This document shows, in pieces, positions 10,801 to 19,988 of a stretch of 64,000 bases of DNA. The stretch covers positions 26,682 to 90,681 of the IMG/VR virus record IMGVR_UViG_3300028888_000097; one strand, given 5' to 3'. How positions within the stretch are numbered: the stretch's first letter is position 1; each line of letters begins with the position of its first letter. The DNA comes from a virus (taxonomy: Duplodnaviria > Caudoviricetes). The position numbers and the translations under genes were made by a program. Under the pieces are notes generated by a model. The model was not told the DNA's origin. It saw nothing but the letters and a program-made list of their open reading frames with translations, and searched no databases.

Positions 10801-13800
10801 AGAGACGCGAAGGGCTGATTGCGGAACTTGAAGCAACGGACAATCTGACGGAAGCGCAGAAAAGTCAGCTGGCTACACTAAAGGCCCTTAACGAAGAACA
10901 CATTATCGGTCGGGCCGGTGTTGTTCCTCCGATTCAAGAAGAAACGGCGGCTCTTGAAGAGGCAGCGGAAGCGGCGGAGGAAGCCGGTTCAAAGTACGAC
11001 AAGGCGGCGATGGGGGCGGACGCCTTTGCGGAGAAGCTGTCCGAGGACACGGCGGCACTTAAGGCGGACGCGAACGCGATCTCTGCGGTCCGGGCGGCGC
11101 AGGAGGAATTCAACGAGAGCGGCGGTCTATCGATTGAGACGATTTCCAAACTGGCTTCTCTTGGTTCCGATTGGGTGGACGTTCTGTTCGATGAGAACGG
11201 GGCGGTGGACGTCAATTCCAACGCGATCTACTATCTGCTGGCGGCGAAGAACGAACTGCTGACTCAAAACGGCGTTCTGATTGATTCGACGGAGGAAGAG
11301 ACCGCCGCGATTGAGAAGGTCACGGAGCAGTTAAAGGACTATTCCGCGCAGATTGACGACGTGCAGAACGCCCTGTCGGTTCTGGACGCGGTACAGGCGG
11401 AATATGACGAGACGGGATCCCTGTCCATTGACACGATTCAGAAACTATTGGAGCTGGGCGGGGAATACCTCGACCTGGTTATCGACGAGGAAGGGCAGAT
11501 TCGGCTGAATCAGGGAGCGGTGGATGACCTTGTAGAGTCCAAGAAGACGCTTCTTGAGAAGCTGATTGACGAACAGACCGTTCAATACGCCGTTACGCTT
11601 GTCAACGAGAAGATGGCCGAATCGGAGGAATCGGTCGGTTCTCAGGCGGAGGCGGCGGCGAAGCGGGTCGCCTTCATGGTGGCACAGGTGCGGGAGCTGG
11701 CGGGAGATTCCCAAGGCGCGGCTCTGGCACTGGAAGGGCTGAAAACGGCACTCGCGCAGATTGGAGACGCAAGCGGCGTTTCCCTTTCGGACGCGGATCT
11801 TGACGAGATTGCGGGGAAGACGCTGAACTACAATCAGAGTCTGCGAAATCTTCTGGCGAGTTCGGTCAACACGTCCTCCTCCGGGTGGCGGTCTTCGTCC
11901 GGTTCGTCCTCTTCCTCTTCGTCGAAGTCGCAGAAGGACGAATACCTTGAAGATCTGAAGGCGGTGGTTTCGCTCCGGGAATCCGAGCTGACGCTGATGG
12001 AGCATCAGGGGGCGTCTCAGGACGAGCAGATTGAGAAGATCCATCAGATTCAGGAAGCGATTCACACCGAGGCGGACTATCTGCGATCCATCGGGGCGTC
12101 GCAGGAGGACATCAACAAGCTCTCCTCCGACTGGTGGAAGTGGCAGGAGAAGATCGTCTCCATGCAAGAGAAATCTGCGGAGGCGGCGAAAAAGGCGGCG
12201 GAGGAGGCGAAGAAAGCCGCTGAAGAAGCCGAGAAAGCGGAGACTGCCCGTCTGAAACAGGTTCTTGCGGACGACAAGGCCCGACTCACTTTGATGGAGA
12301 AACAGGGCAAATCCGTTTCCGACCGGGTTGAGAAGATGAAGAACATTCAGGCTCATCTTCACGACGAGGCGGAATGGCTCCGGAAAATCGGGGCGGAGCA
12401 GTCCGAAATCGACGCTTTATCGGCGGAATGGTGGGACTGGCAGGAGAAAATCTTAAAACTCTACAAGGAAACCCTCGACGCGGCGCGGGATCTGGAACTC
12501 GAAGCGCAGCAGAAGATCATCGACGGAATCCTGAACGAGATCAAGTTAGAGGAAGAAGCTCTTGAAATCTCCGAAAAGCGGCTTGCTATTGACGAGAAGC
12601 GGGCTGATCTGGAGGACGCGATTGCACAGGCGAAGATTGATTATGTGCAGTCCGTTTTATCCGACTACATCACGGCTCTCGACGACGCGGAAACGCTTGA
12701 ATCGAAGCGGATGGCGGTCATTGAAGCGCGGGAAAAGCTGGTTCAGGCGGAGCGGGAAGCACAGGCGAAGTCGATCATTGAAACGTTCAAGGCGGAGAAG
12801 GACGTCAAGAACGACACGCTGTCTCTTGAAGAAAAACGGCTTGCGGTAGAGAAGGCGCGTCAGGCTCTGATTGACGCTGAGAACAACCGGACGACCAGAG
12901 TTTTCAACGAAGCAACGGGTCAATGGGAATATCAGGCGGACGCGAAGGCGGTTCAGTCGGCGAAGGACAACCTGAAATCTGCCGTGGACGCTCTGAACGC
13001 CTATGTGGAGGAGGCGGCGTGGAACGAAGTCGCGGAGGCGGTGGAAAACGGGTCCGTTTCCGAAGCGGAAGTTCTCGAAATCCTTTCCAAATGGGCGAAG
13101 GAAGCCTACGGGAACGGGTCTCCGGAGTTTGTCGGTAAGATTCAGGCGGCGTTCCGCAAGGCGATGGGGTCGGCGGCGTCTCCGGATTCGGTAGCCGGTC
13201 AGATTTCTGCGGTGGATTCGGCGGTCAAGTCGCTGAACGGCTATCTGAAGGCCGAAGCGGTGAAGGAGCTGAAAGCCTACATCGCGGCGGGGAACACGGA
13301 TGCCTCCGGGATGCGCTCCATCCTCGACAAGTGGCTGTCTATGGGCGAGGGCGGAGAGCTTTACGAATGGCGGGACGGGCTTCTTGACGCGGTGAACGGG
13401 GCGATTGAATCCGGGTATTATGACGACAGCAAGGTACAGTCGCAGATTCAGGCGGTTGAGAACGCCATTGAATCCCTCCACGACTTTCTAAGAAGCCGTT
13501 TTATTTCGGAGATCACGGATCTTGTGAAGAACGGGACGGCGGAGGAGATCCGGGCGGCGATTGAAAAATGGTCAAGTGAATTTGACCTTTCGGAGACCGA
13601 CCGGGACTGGGCTTCCCGATTAGCGGAGGCAAAGGGAAGTTACGAGCAGACGGAGGGATTCTGGAACGGGATCACGGCGAAGGATCACACGGCGGAGGAA
13701 ATCGCGGCGGTCATTGAGCGGATGAAGGCCAATTCCCGGGCATGGTGGCTGGCAGAACCCGGAAGTCAGGAACAGAAAGATCTTGCTGATCTCAACCTCG

Positions 13801-14192
13801 CGCTCGGGGCTTCGATGGGATGGACGCGCCGGGACAACGGACATTGGTACGACGAATATGGAAATCAGGTGTACGACCGGGGCGGCATTCTGACGGGGCA
13901 GGGCGGAATCAAGGCGACTGGCCGGGCGGAAGCGGTTCTCGATCCGAAGCTGACGGCGAAACTGATGAATCCGACGACGAACGAGCAATTCGAGCGGTTT
14001 GCGAAGTCTCTCCATCTGATGTTTGAGACGGGGGAGAGGACGGCGCGGAGCAGTTATGTGACCACGCGCGGAAACACGGTGGATTCGCACAACACGAGCT
14101 ACACGGTGAACGGGATCCCGATTTCCTCCGGTTCAGCGGAGCGGTACACGATTGCGGAACTCTTCCGGACGCTTCCGATGGTTCGCTCTTGA
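7842..14192 (+). CDS. Tail tape measure protein
   Basis: 2116 aa, Ala/Glu/Lys-rich helical sequence. Typical core (ASNFARAG...ATEAALLAMNVAELNATEASDGLLSIIAQF...VDKLNK) and a hydrophobic central segment. Confidence 0.92.
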   Translation: MAKILLNVDLNLDTAKGSIETLKKSLSTIADSLNRVKPNKDLTEQVKALSEYYKSLATAAKSAAEADSKAAISAAKVTKAEQDAAKAAAQRQKAETDAAAALARRSAAEARAFDMIEKTKAAMEKRAKAAEGDEKALWNLEKAFASLSKRQEEAASKTNVMDQALRDVAEETEETWKEIRAFNENGEALSSTVDELRERYDRLAAQTASYEKELNEQVKAEIEAEREAQRLADSFQKSEENLDGLTLKLNNMLTAISNVEGRYPAGTFDQLKADIQAQIAAVEGLKESVSSSGGNMQEFIEKEQAAEQSTKDLNGRFAELKASTEHAAPAVATLGEKFGNLVERYAKFYASSLLVRKPLQLIQSALSDVGETLVKTEDAVIELNRVLDDPQPTQEVANRLYDIAYAYGSTFESASTIASNFARAGKSWNESLQATEAALLAMNVAELNATEASDGLLSIIAQFDMETSDLIDVVDKLNKTADKNPVSTQKLLQAIQRAGSAAKNANVSFDQTLGLITAISEATNRSGQNIGTAVNSLIQYSTKNVDVFATLSKESEEMVEKFKLGLVSIVDVWNQVAADIKSDKKARDDIITALGTDGLEELSSTLHDELGDLVSEIDGVYNVANTYRKNYFIALLDNMDRFMKVQEQLTDYQGYSQEENEKYMETYTAKVNQLNDAWQKLANDEQGILKFKKDLVDLGIDLVGFVEQTGGIVDTVQSAAGIIGGLALISKAEALKVAIADIGTVLKATFTGAAGAFQTTIGWIGAVIAVSALLNTTINAIRASQAERRKETLLEFEANKDNITALSELKKKYDEGNLSLKEEWELEDKIVPLLGDKGIALDGLAQHTEAYTKKVWELVEGLREEQKLTAQVAQDAAKDDYIEAARQAVEGSARAQAKRDGGVQSFILNSDLGKFFSSAFSGAMNDADQAAEYLDKLRTRLDEAKQAYLEARGQVSDAEEKKLREYYQDLLEIYNNLSAARDNYEKQRREGLIAELEATDNLTEAQKSQLATLKALNEEHIIGRAGVVPPIQEETAALEEAAEAAEEAGSKYDKAAMGADAFAEKLSEDTAALKADANAISAVRAAQEEFNESGGLSIETISKLASLGSDWVDVLFDENGAVDVNSNAIYYLLAAKNELLTQNGVLIDSTEEETAAIEKVTEQLKDYSAQIDDVQNALSVLDAVQAEYDETGSLSIDTIQKLLELGGEYLDLVIDEEGQIRLNQGAVDDLVESKKTLLEKLIDEQTVQYAVTLVNEKMAESEESVGSQAEAAAKRVAFMVAQVRELAGDSQGAALALEGLKTALAQIGDASGVSLSDADLDEIAGKTLNYNQSLRNLLASSVNTSSSGWRSSSGSSSSSSSKSQKDEYLEDLKAVVSLRESELTLMEHQGASQDEQIEKIHQIQEAIHTEADYLRSIGASQEDINKLSSDWWKWQEKIVSMQEKSAEAAKKAAEEAKKAAEEAEKAETARLKQVLADDKARLTLMEKQGKSVSDRVEKMKNIQAHLHDEAEWLRKIGAEQSEIDALSAEWWDWQEKILKLYKETLDAARDLELEAQQKIIDGILNEIKLEEEALEISEKRLAIDEKRADLEDAIAQAKIDYVQSVLSDYITALDDAETLESKRMAVIEAREKLVQAEREAQAKSIIETFKAEKDVKNDTLSLEEKRLAVEKARQALIDAENNRTTRVFNEATGQWEYQADAKAVQSAKDNLKSAVDALNAYVEEAAWNEVAEAVENGSVSEAEVLEILSKWAKEAYGNGSPEFVGKIQAAFRKAMGSAASPDSVAGQISAVDSAVKSLNGYLKAEAVKELKAYIAAGNTDASGMRSILDKWLSMGEGGELYEWRDGLLDAVNGAIESGYYDDSKVQSQIQAVENAIESLHDFLRSRFISEITDLVKNGTAEEIRAAIEKWSSEFDLSETDRDWASRLAEAKGSYEQTEGFWNGITAKDHTAEEIAAVIERMKANSRAWWLAEPGSQEQKDLADLNLALGASMGWTRRDNGHWYDEYGNQVYDRGGILTGQGGIKATGRAEAVLDPKLTAKLMNPTTNEQFERFAKSLHLMFETGERTARSSYVTTRGNTVDSHNTSYTVNGIPISSGSAERYTIAELFRTLPMVRS

Positions 14193-14254
14193 TTGACGAA
14201 ATACAATTTTCCGGGCGGGTTATTCCGTCCGGGGGAATCTGGAAAGGATTTGAC

Positions 14255-17200
14255 ATGGCGTTATATCAGCCTTCAAACATTACTCCCTCCACGTTCGCGG
14301 GAATCGGCGGATCCGTTGTGGATGTGAACGACTATGTTGTGGTTTCATGGCAAGTCAACGGGACATCCGGCATGATCGGATTTGATTTCGACATTTACGA
14401 AAACACGCCGGAATCCGCACTGGTCAAGCACAAAGAATATACGCGCATGGGTCCTGGCCTCGGCGGCCCTTTCTACGGAACGGATGCGCGGGGGAATGTG
14501 AAGATGTATGTATTGGACGACACTACTCCCGAAACGTGGGCTTCATGGGGCTTGACGAACGGTAATTCCTACAAACTGAAAATCACACAGAAATGGAAGA
14601 ACGATCCGTATGATACGGACGAACCGGTAAAATCCGTAGTGCAGAATTCCGAATCGGTTTTCATCACGCGGGCGGCTCCTTCGCTTTCGGTTTCTCCCGC
14701 TTCCGGAACGCTGACTTCTGTTTCGCAGACATTTACCGGCGTATATTCGCAAGAGCAGGGCGACACGGTGTCGTGGGTACGGTGGGTGCTCTCCAATGCA
14801 ACGGGAGATGTGCTTGACGACACCGGGACGGTCTACACGGGCGTTTTATCCTACTCCTACGACGGATTCTTCAGCGGGGAGACGTACACGCTCGCCTGTA
14901 CGGTTCAGACGTCCTCCGGGGCGGAGGTGACGGTGACGAACAACTATGCCGTTTCCTACGACATGGCGGAACAGGCGGGCGGGATCTCGCTTTCGTGCAA
15001 TCCGGACGATTCGGTGACAGTTTCATGGTCGGCGGGCGCGGACATTCCGGGGACTCCCTCGGCGGAGGATTACGGGACGATTTCGAGCGGGGTTTTACAT
15101 CTTGCGGCGGAACGCTCGATCACATGGGACACGGTGAACGGGGAGGACATGGCGTTCTCGTCCCCGTACTGTTTCGCATGGCGGGGGAGGATTGCGGAGA
15201 GCACGACGGTGACGGAGACGGTGAATTCGGGGACGTGGCAGCTGGTGAAGACGTATCCGGTGAAGCGGTCAACAACGGTGAGCCACACGACTCTGCCGTC
15301 CGAATGGGTCAGGAACCCGAATGCCTCTGACAAAGGCACGCGAAATATTCATACATCAATCGATGTTTCCACGCCATATGCAAGGACAAATCCGTATATA
15401 TCAACAGAATCTCCGTTATCTGTGACGCCTGCCGGTGATTACGCATACAAAACAAGCGCAATCACGCCGCCGAGGATAACCCTTTCGAAAGATATACTCG
15501 CTTACTCGATTACTCAGGTCGGCTATGTGGACGAGGCGGGAATCCGGGAACCGCTGGTCGATGCGTATGTGGAAACCGTTCAGGACGGGAGAACGCTGAC
15601 GTTTACGGTATATTCAAACACGACCGCCGCCTATAATCGCGGCATTTACGTTTATGCCGACGTTACCTATGCGGATTATTATTATGGCGCAAAAACGGAA
15701 TCTCCTGTTTCGGGCGACACCGGCATTTCGAATCCCGTGATTACAAACGGCAGTTCCGGTCTGTCGGAGAAGCGAATCAGTTATTCCGGCAGCAGATTCA
15801 CGATTTATGCGGAATCCAATTTGCCGGACACTTATTCGATTTCTTATCAATATGAGTACGCGGTTTCTCCCGCCAATCTATATCGTGCGACGTGGAGCGG
15901 GACACAGGCGACGGGGGTTCTGAATTCCGCTTCGATCCAATCCACGACGGCGGGGGGCGGCGCGACCGCCTCGATCAGCGGGAACACCTACACGGTTACG
16001 GAATACAACCCGAACAACACGGCGTCGGCGCAGACGGTTGTCGCGCTGAATTACACGACGAACGACGGAATCGGGAACGATTCTTACCGTTCGATTGTGA
16101 CCGGAACGGAGGCGGGAGCGGTTTCCGCAGCGGTTCAGTCCACGACGGCGAAGAGCGCGACGGTGACGATGGCGAAGGACGGGGCGTACACGGTGACGAT
16201 GTACGATTCCTCCAACGCCTCGCGGACGGCGGTGATCCGGTTTGATGTGCCGACAGGCATTCCCAATACCAATCTTGCGTCAATTTCGGCGGGAGGTTTG
16301 AATTTTGCGACCCTGGCCGTCACAAGATATCACGAAGCGATTTTGAATATAGGCGGTATTAATCAGTTGGCGATTGCGGGGCCGGGGGAAGCATGGAACA
16401 TGCTTGCGGTTGTTCGTCCTGGGTTGTTTGAGGTATTCTGGTTTACCGCGTCGAACGAACTCATTGCCTCCGCCGATGCGTCTTTTCCGACCGAGCTTCC
16501 GTCGCCGATTGCGCAAGTGACTTTATCCGGGGAACAATGGTGCGATTATGTTTATCTGTCTCAAAACAGTTCCTATGCTTTCCCCCTGTCCGCCGAAACG
16601 GGAGGGCGTCCGGCGGAACCGGGATGGGACGGAAACACGCTGTTTTACGCGGCGTTTGCTTCCGATTTACAGGCCGGGACGGTGACGTCGGATTCGTCGC
16701 TTTTCGTTGCGCTCTACCGGGCGGAGGGAAACGCATTTGCGCCGGTAGGCATATTCGACGGAACGGTGAACGCCATCCGGGACTATGGGATCAAATCGGG
16801 CGGAGAATATGTTTACGAGATGTTTTATATTTCGAACGGGACGTACTCGGCGGGCGCGGAATCCGCTCCGATGTGCCGCCGGTTCCGTCAACACACGCTG
16901 ATTGAAGCAGAGGAGGACGCCTCTCTTCCGGGCGTTTATCATCCGGTGAACGTCTGGCGGTTCCGGGACAACGTGGACGCGGGGGCTTACACGAATCAGA
17001 ATCAGCCCGTTTTGCTCGAGAACTTCACGAAATATCCGCTCTGGCAGCCTTCTTCTCCGGCGGCGAAGACGGGAACGCTGACCGCGCTTCTCGGAAGGTT
17101 TGAAAACGGGGCATACTCCGGGGACGACGCGGCGGCGATGGAAGCCTTATTCGCTCTGTCCGGTTCGGTGAATCCCTTATTCTATCGGGACATGAAGGGG

Positions 17201-17344
17201 AATCTCTACATGGTTCGTCTGGCGGGGCCGATTTCCCAGACGGTGGACAACCGGACGGGGGAGCTTGCCGTTTCCGTTTCTGTTCCGTGGGTGGAGGTCG
17301 GAAACGCAAACGGGGCGAAGATCTATACAATTGCGGAGGGGTGA
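14255..17344 (+). CDS. Large tail/baseplate or receptor-binding protein
   Basis: ATG at 14255 after GAAAGGA. Ser/Thr/Tyr-rich beta-type sequence downstream of the tape measure, with internal repeats of the type QSTTA...YTVT. Confidence 0.75.
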   Translation: MALYQPSNITPSTFAGIGGSVVDVNDYVVVSWQVNGTSGMIGFDFDIYENTPESALVKHKEYTRMGPGLGGPFYGTDARGNVKMYVLDDTTPETWASWGLTNGNSYKLKITQKWKNDPYDTDEPVKSVVQNSESVFITRAAPSLSVSPASGTLTSVSQTFTGVYSQEQGDTVSWVRWVLSNATGDVLDDTGTVYTGVLSYSYDGFFSGETYTLACTVQTSSGAEVTVTNNYAVSYDMAEQAGGISLSCNPDDSVTVSWSAGADIPGTPSAEDYGTISSGVLHLAAERSITWDTVNGEDMAFSSPYCFAWRGRIAESTTVTETVNSGTWQLVKTYPVKRSTTVSHTTLPSEWVRNPNASDKGTRNIHTSIDVSTPYARTNPYISTESPLSVTPAGDYAYKTSAITPPRITLSKDILAYSITQVGYVDEAGIREPLVDAYVETVQDGRTLTFTVYSNTTAAYNRGIYVYADVTYADYYYGAKTESPVSGDTGISNPVITNGSSGLSEKRISYSGSRFTIYAESNLPDTYSISYQYEYAVSPANLYRATWSGTQATGVLNSASIQSTTAGGGATASISGNTYTVTEYNPNNTASAQTVVALNYTTNDGIGNDSYRSIVTGTEAGAVSAAVQSTTAKSATVTMAKDGAYTVTMYDSSNASRTAVIRFDVPTGIPNTNLASISAGGLNFATLAVTRYHEAILNIGGINQLAIAGPGEAWNMLAVVRPGLFEVFWFTASNELIASADASFPTELPSPIAQVTLSGEQWCDYVYLSQNSSYAFPLSAETGGRPAEPGWDGNTLFYAAFASDLQAGTVTSDSSLFVALYRAEGNAFAPVGIFDGTVNAIRDYGIKSGGEYVYEMFYISNGTYSAGAESAPMCRRFRQHTLIEAEEDASLPGVYHPVNVWRFRDNVDAGAYTNQNQPVLLENFTKYPLWQPSSPAAKTGTLTALLGRFENGAYSGDDAAAMEALFALSGSVNPLFYRDMKGNLYMVRLAGPISQTVDNRTGELAVSVSVPWVEVGNANGAKIYTIAEG

Positions 17345-17345
17345 G

Positions 17346-18662
17346 ATGGCCGAATCATGGATTTTGTCGGAGCAGTACAACGCCTATCTGGACGGTTTGC
17401 TCCGACCGTTCAAAAAGGTTTCGCGGATTGAATTCCTTCAGCCGGATGACACGGTGGCGTTTGCGCTCGGCGGCGTGGGGCAGAGGTTTCCGATTCCGGG
17501 GCGGGACACGCGGACGTTCCTTCAATCCGGATCCGTTTCGGTTTCCCTTGCGAACGGGGCGCGGAGGCGGGCTTCGGTGGTGCTCGGGAACCGGGACGGG
17601 GCATTCGACTATGCGGTGAACAAGCTCTGGTTCGGTCAGCGGGTACGGATCTCGATGGGGATGCGGCTCCCGAACGGGGAAGATTTTTACTTTCCGATGG
17701 GGGTATTCTACATCGAGAATCCTTCCGTTCTGTTCTCTCCGGGGGAGAAGACGACGACCTTAAACCTGACGGACAAATGGGCGTATCTTGACGGAACTTT
17801 GTTTGGGAATCTGGAAGCGGCGTATTCCGTTTCGTCAGGGACGAACATTTTCTTGGCGATTGATTCGCTAATTCACATGAACCGGCTCACGCAGGGGGTG
17901 ACGACGGACGCGGGGGCGATGATTGATCCGGAGACGGCGGTTTACACGACCTACTTCAACGGGAAGACCTATCTGGCGTCCAATTCGGACGGTTCCATCA
18001 CGCAGAACATTGCGATGACCTCTGCGCCGTACACGATCACGGAGAATCGCGGATCCACGATGGGGGCTTTGATTCTGAAGCTGAACGAGATGCTGGCAGG
18101 GTGGATTGGGTACGACGCGACGGGTGCGCTCCGTCTGGAACCTTCTCAGGATGACATTGACGACGCCGACAAGCCCGTTTTATTCGCGTTTACGCCGGAG
18201 AACAGTATGTTGCTCTCCCACTCCTCCGTTTCGCAGAATACGGCGGTCTACAACGATGTGACGATTGCGGGGCAGGGGCTGACCAACGCGGCGGTCTGGG
18301 CGAGGGCGGTGAACGCAGACCTGGCTTCGGACACGAACATCAATCTGATCGGTCGGCGGGTATTCGTTGAGGAAAAATCCGACTACTGGAATACGGAGCA
18401 ATGCGCGGCACTGGCCCGGTGGTATCTGAAGCGGAAGACGGTTCTTCAAAAGTCCGTTACGATTGAGTGCGGACAAATGTTCCATCTGGTGGAGAATCGT
18501 CTGGTTTCGGTAAAGCGGGTGGACAAGGAAGGCTCCCCTGTCGAGAAGCACCTGATACAGGGGTTCACAATTCCGATTGGAGAAACGGGTTCGATGTCGA
18601 TTACGGCGACGAGCGTGACGGACATTCCGGATTTTACGATTACGACGTCAACTTCATCATGA
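17346..18662 (+). CDS. Tail/baseplate hub-like protein
   Basis: ATG at 17346 after GGAGGG; position in the tail module. Confidence 0.65.
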   Translation: MAESWILSEQYNAYLDGLLRPFKKVSRIEFLQPDDTVAFALGGVGQRFPIPGRDTRTFLQSGSVSVSLANGARRRASVVLGNRDGAFDYAVNKLWFGQRVRISMGMRLPNGEDFYFPMGVFYIENPSVLFSPGEKTTTLNLTDKWAYLDGTLFGNLEAAYSVSSGTNIFLAIDSLIHMNRLTQGVTTDAGAMIDPETAVYTTYFNGKTYLASNSDGSITQNIAMTSAPYTITENRGSTMGALILKLNEMLAGWIGYDATGALRLEPSQDDIDDADKPVLFAFTPENSMLLSHSSVSQNTAVYNDVTIAGQGLTNAAVWARAVNADLASDTNINLIGRRVFVEEKSDYWNTEQCAALARWYLKRKTVLQKSVTIECGQMFHLVENRLVSVKRVDKEGSPVEKHLIQGFTIPIGETGSMSITATSVTDIPDFTITTSTSS

Positions 18663-18672
18663 GGAGGTTCAT

Positions 18673-18966
18673 ATGGCTTTATTGGATGACGCGAAGGAGG
18701 TTCGGGCAGCTCTGGCGGAGGTGATCCGACAGGAAGTGAACGGGCTGACGCAGGACTGCTTCCGGGTGAAAAAGGCGATTGTGCAGACGGCTCCGAATTC
18801 GACCACAGGGAAGTGTTCGGTACAGCTCATTGGAGACGATACGGTACTGTCGATTCCGTACAGTTCGGAGGTTTCATCCGTTTCAGCTGGGGCGGTGGTA
18901 TGGGTCGCGTATTGGGGCGGGTCCATGCGGAACGCGATTGTGTGGCAGACGGCAGACTTCAAGTGA
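18673..18966 (+). CDS. Small tail-associated hypothetical protein
   Basis: GAGGAGG RBS; 97 aa. Confidence 0.65.
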   Translation: MALLDDAKEVRAALAEVIRQEVNGLTQDCFRVKKAIVQTAPNSTTGKCSVQLIGDDTVLSIPYSSEVSSVSAGAVVWVAYWGGSMRNAIVWQTADFK

Positions 18967-19172
18967 GATTAAGCAAAAAGTCATTGTGAGTTCGTTTGAT
19001 TCGTCGGATTGCACAAATGAAGAGGGATTTCGTTTGAGTCGGGGATGAATATTTATGCAAGTCCGCGAAAATGTGGAAAATGAGCGGGATTTCCCGCGGA
19101 AAAATGTGAAAAGGGCGGATTTGAAGGGGAATCCGCTTGATTTCGGGGCATTGAGAAAGAGAGGATAGCAAT

Positions 19173-19922
19173 ATGCCGAGGGGCAGGCCGAAACGCAAAA
19201 AGGCAGAGGAAGAGGGTATCGAAGAAGTTGAGCCCGTTTCGTCCGGGTCGATGAGCGTGGAAGAGACGCTGGACCAATTGAGCCGGGAAATGGAGGAGGC
19301 GAAGGCGGAGATCGAAAAGAGACAAAAGAGGGCGGAGGCGAACAAGTCATCCCGGAGGAACGGGCGCGTCTTTGAAGATATGATCGAGCGGGCGTGTAAG
19401 TTCTATGAAGACGCTGGACTGGCGCGGATCACAAAGGTCCCGGAGGCGCGGAGAGTCGTGGGGAGAACCGGCGGTCGGACATCCCTTATGATCTGCGCCA
19501 ACGCTGCCAAGGCGGACCCGGACTTCATGGGATCCGTTTCACCGGACGGGAAGTGCATGATCTTCGATGCGAAGCACACGGACAAGGGAAAGATTCTTCT
19601 GAACGCCCTGACGAAGAATCAGCGGGACATACTGGACAAGCACATGGCTTGCGGGGCGGACTGCTATGTGGCGGTTTCGTTTGGTTTCGAGAAGTATTAC
19701 ATGATTCCCTACGCGATGTGGAAGAACATGAAGGAGGAGTTCGGGAGGCAGTACATTCTTCCGGATGACGAGAAGATCCGGGCGTATTCCGTTCCGTTTG
19801 AGGTGACGGGTCAGACCAAGAAGGGCGAGGAGCTGGTGACGGTTTGGTTCCTCGGTCAGCGGGTGGATGTGCCGGTGTTCGAGGCGGAGAAGACGGAGGA
19901 AGAGGTCGTTTCATTCGAGTAA
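19173..19922 (+). CDS. recU: Holliday junction resolvase, RecU family
   Basis: GRVFEDMIERACKFY...ITKVP...PDFMG...IFDAKHT...NQ matches the RecU motif pattern. Confidence 0.8.
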   Translation: MPRGRPKRKKAEEEGIEEVEPVSSGSMSVEETLDQLSREMEEAKAEIEKRQKRAEANKSSRRNGRVFEDMIERACKFYEDAGLARITKVPEARRVVGRTGGRTSLMICANAAKADPDFMGSVSPDGKCMIFDAKHTDKGKILLNALTKNQRDILDKHMACGADCYVAVSFGFEKYYMIPYAMWKNMKEEFGRQYILPDDEKIRAYSVPFEVTGQTKKGEELVTVWFLGQRVDVPVFEAEKTEEEVVSFE

Positions 19923-19972
19923 AACAAAAAAAGAGGGGCGGGTCATTGCGATCCGTCCCTTATATTATTTTC
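19921..19972. terminator. Probable bidirectional intrinsic terminator between recU and the mini-array
   Basis: Stem AGGGGCGGG / TCCGTCCCT (19934-19960) with an A-tract on the left and a T-rich tract on the right. The stem pairs better on + (G-U wobbles) than on -. Confidence 0.65.
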
Positions 19973-19988
19973 CGTATATGGCGGTTTT

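Noticed and set aside
14255-17344. Diversity-generating retroelement target in the tail protein
   Set aside because: No reverse transcriptase and no TR/VR pair differing at adenines were seen in the window.
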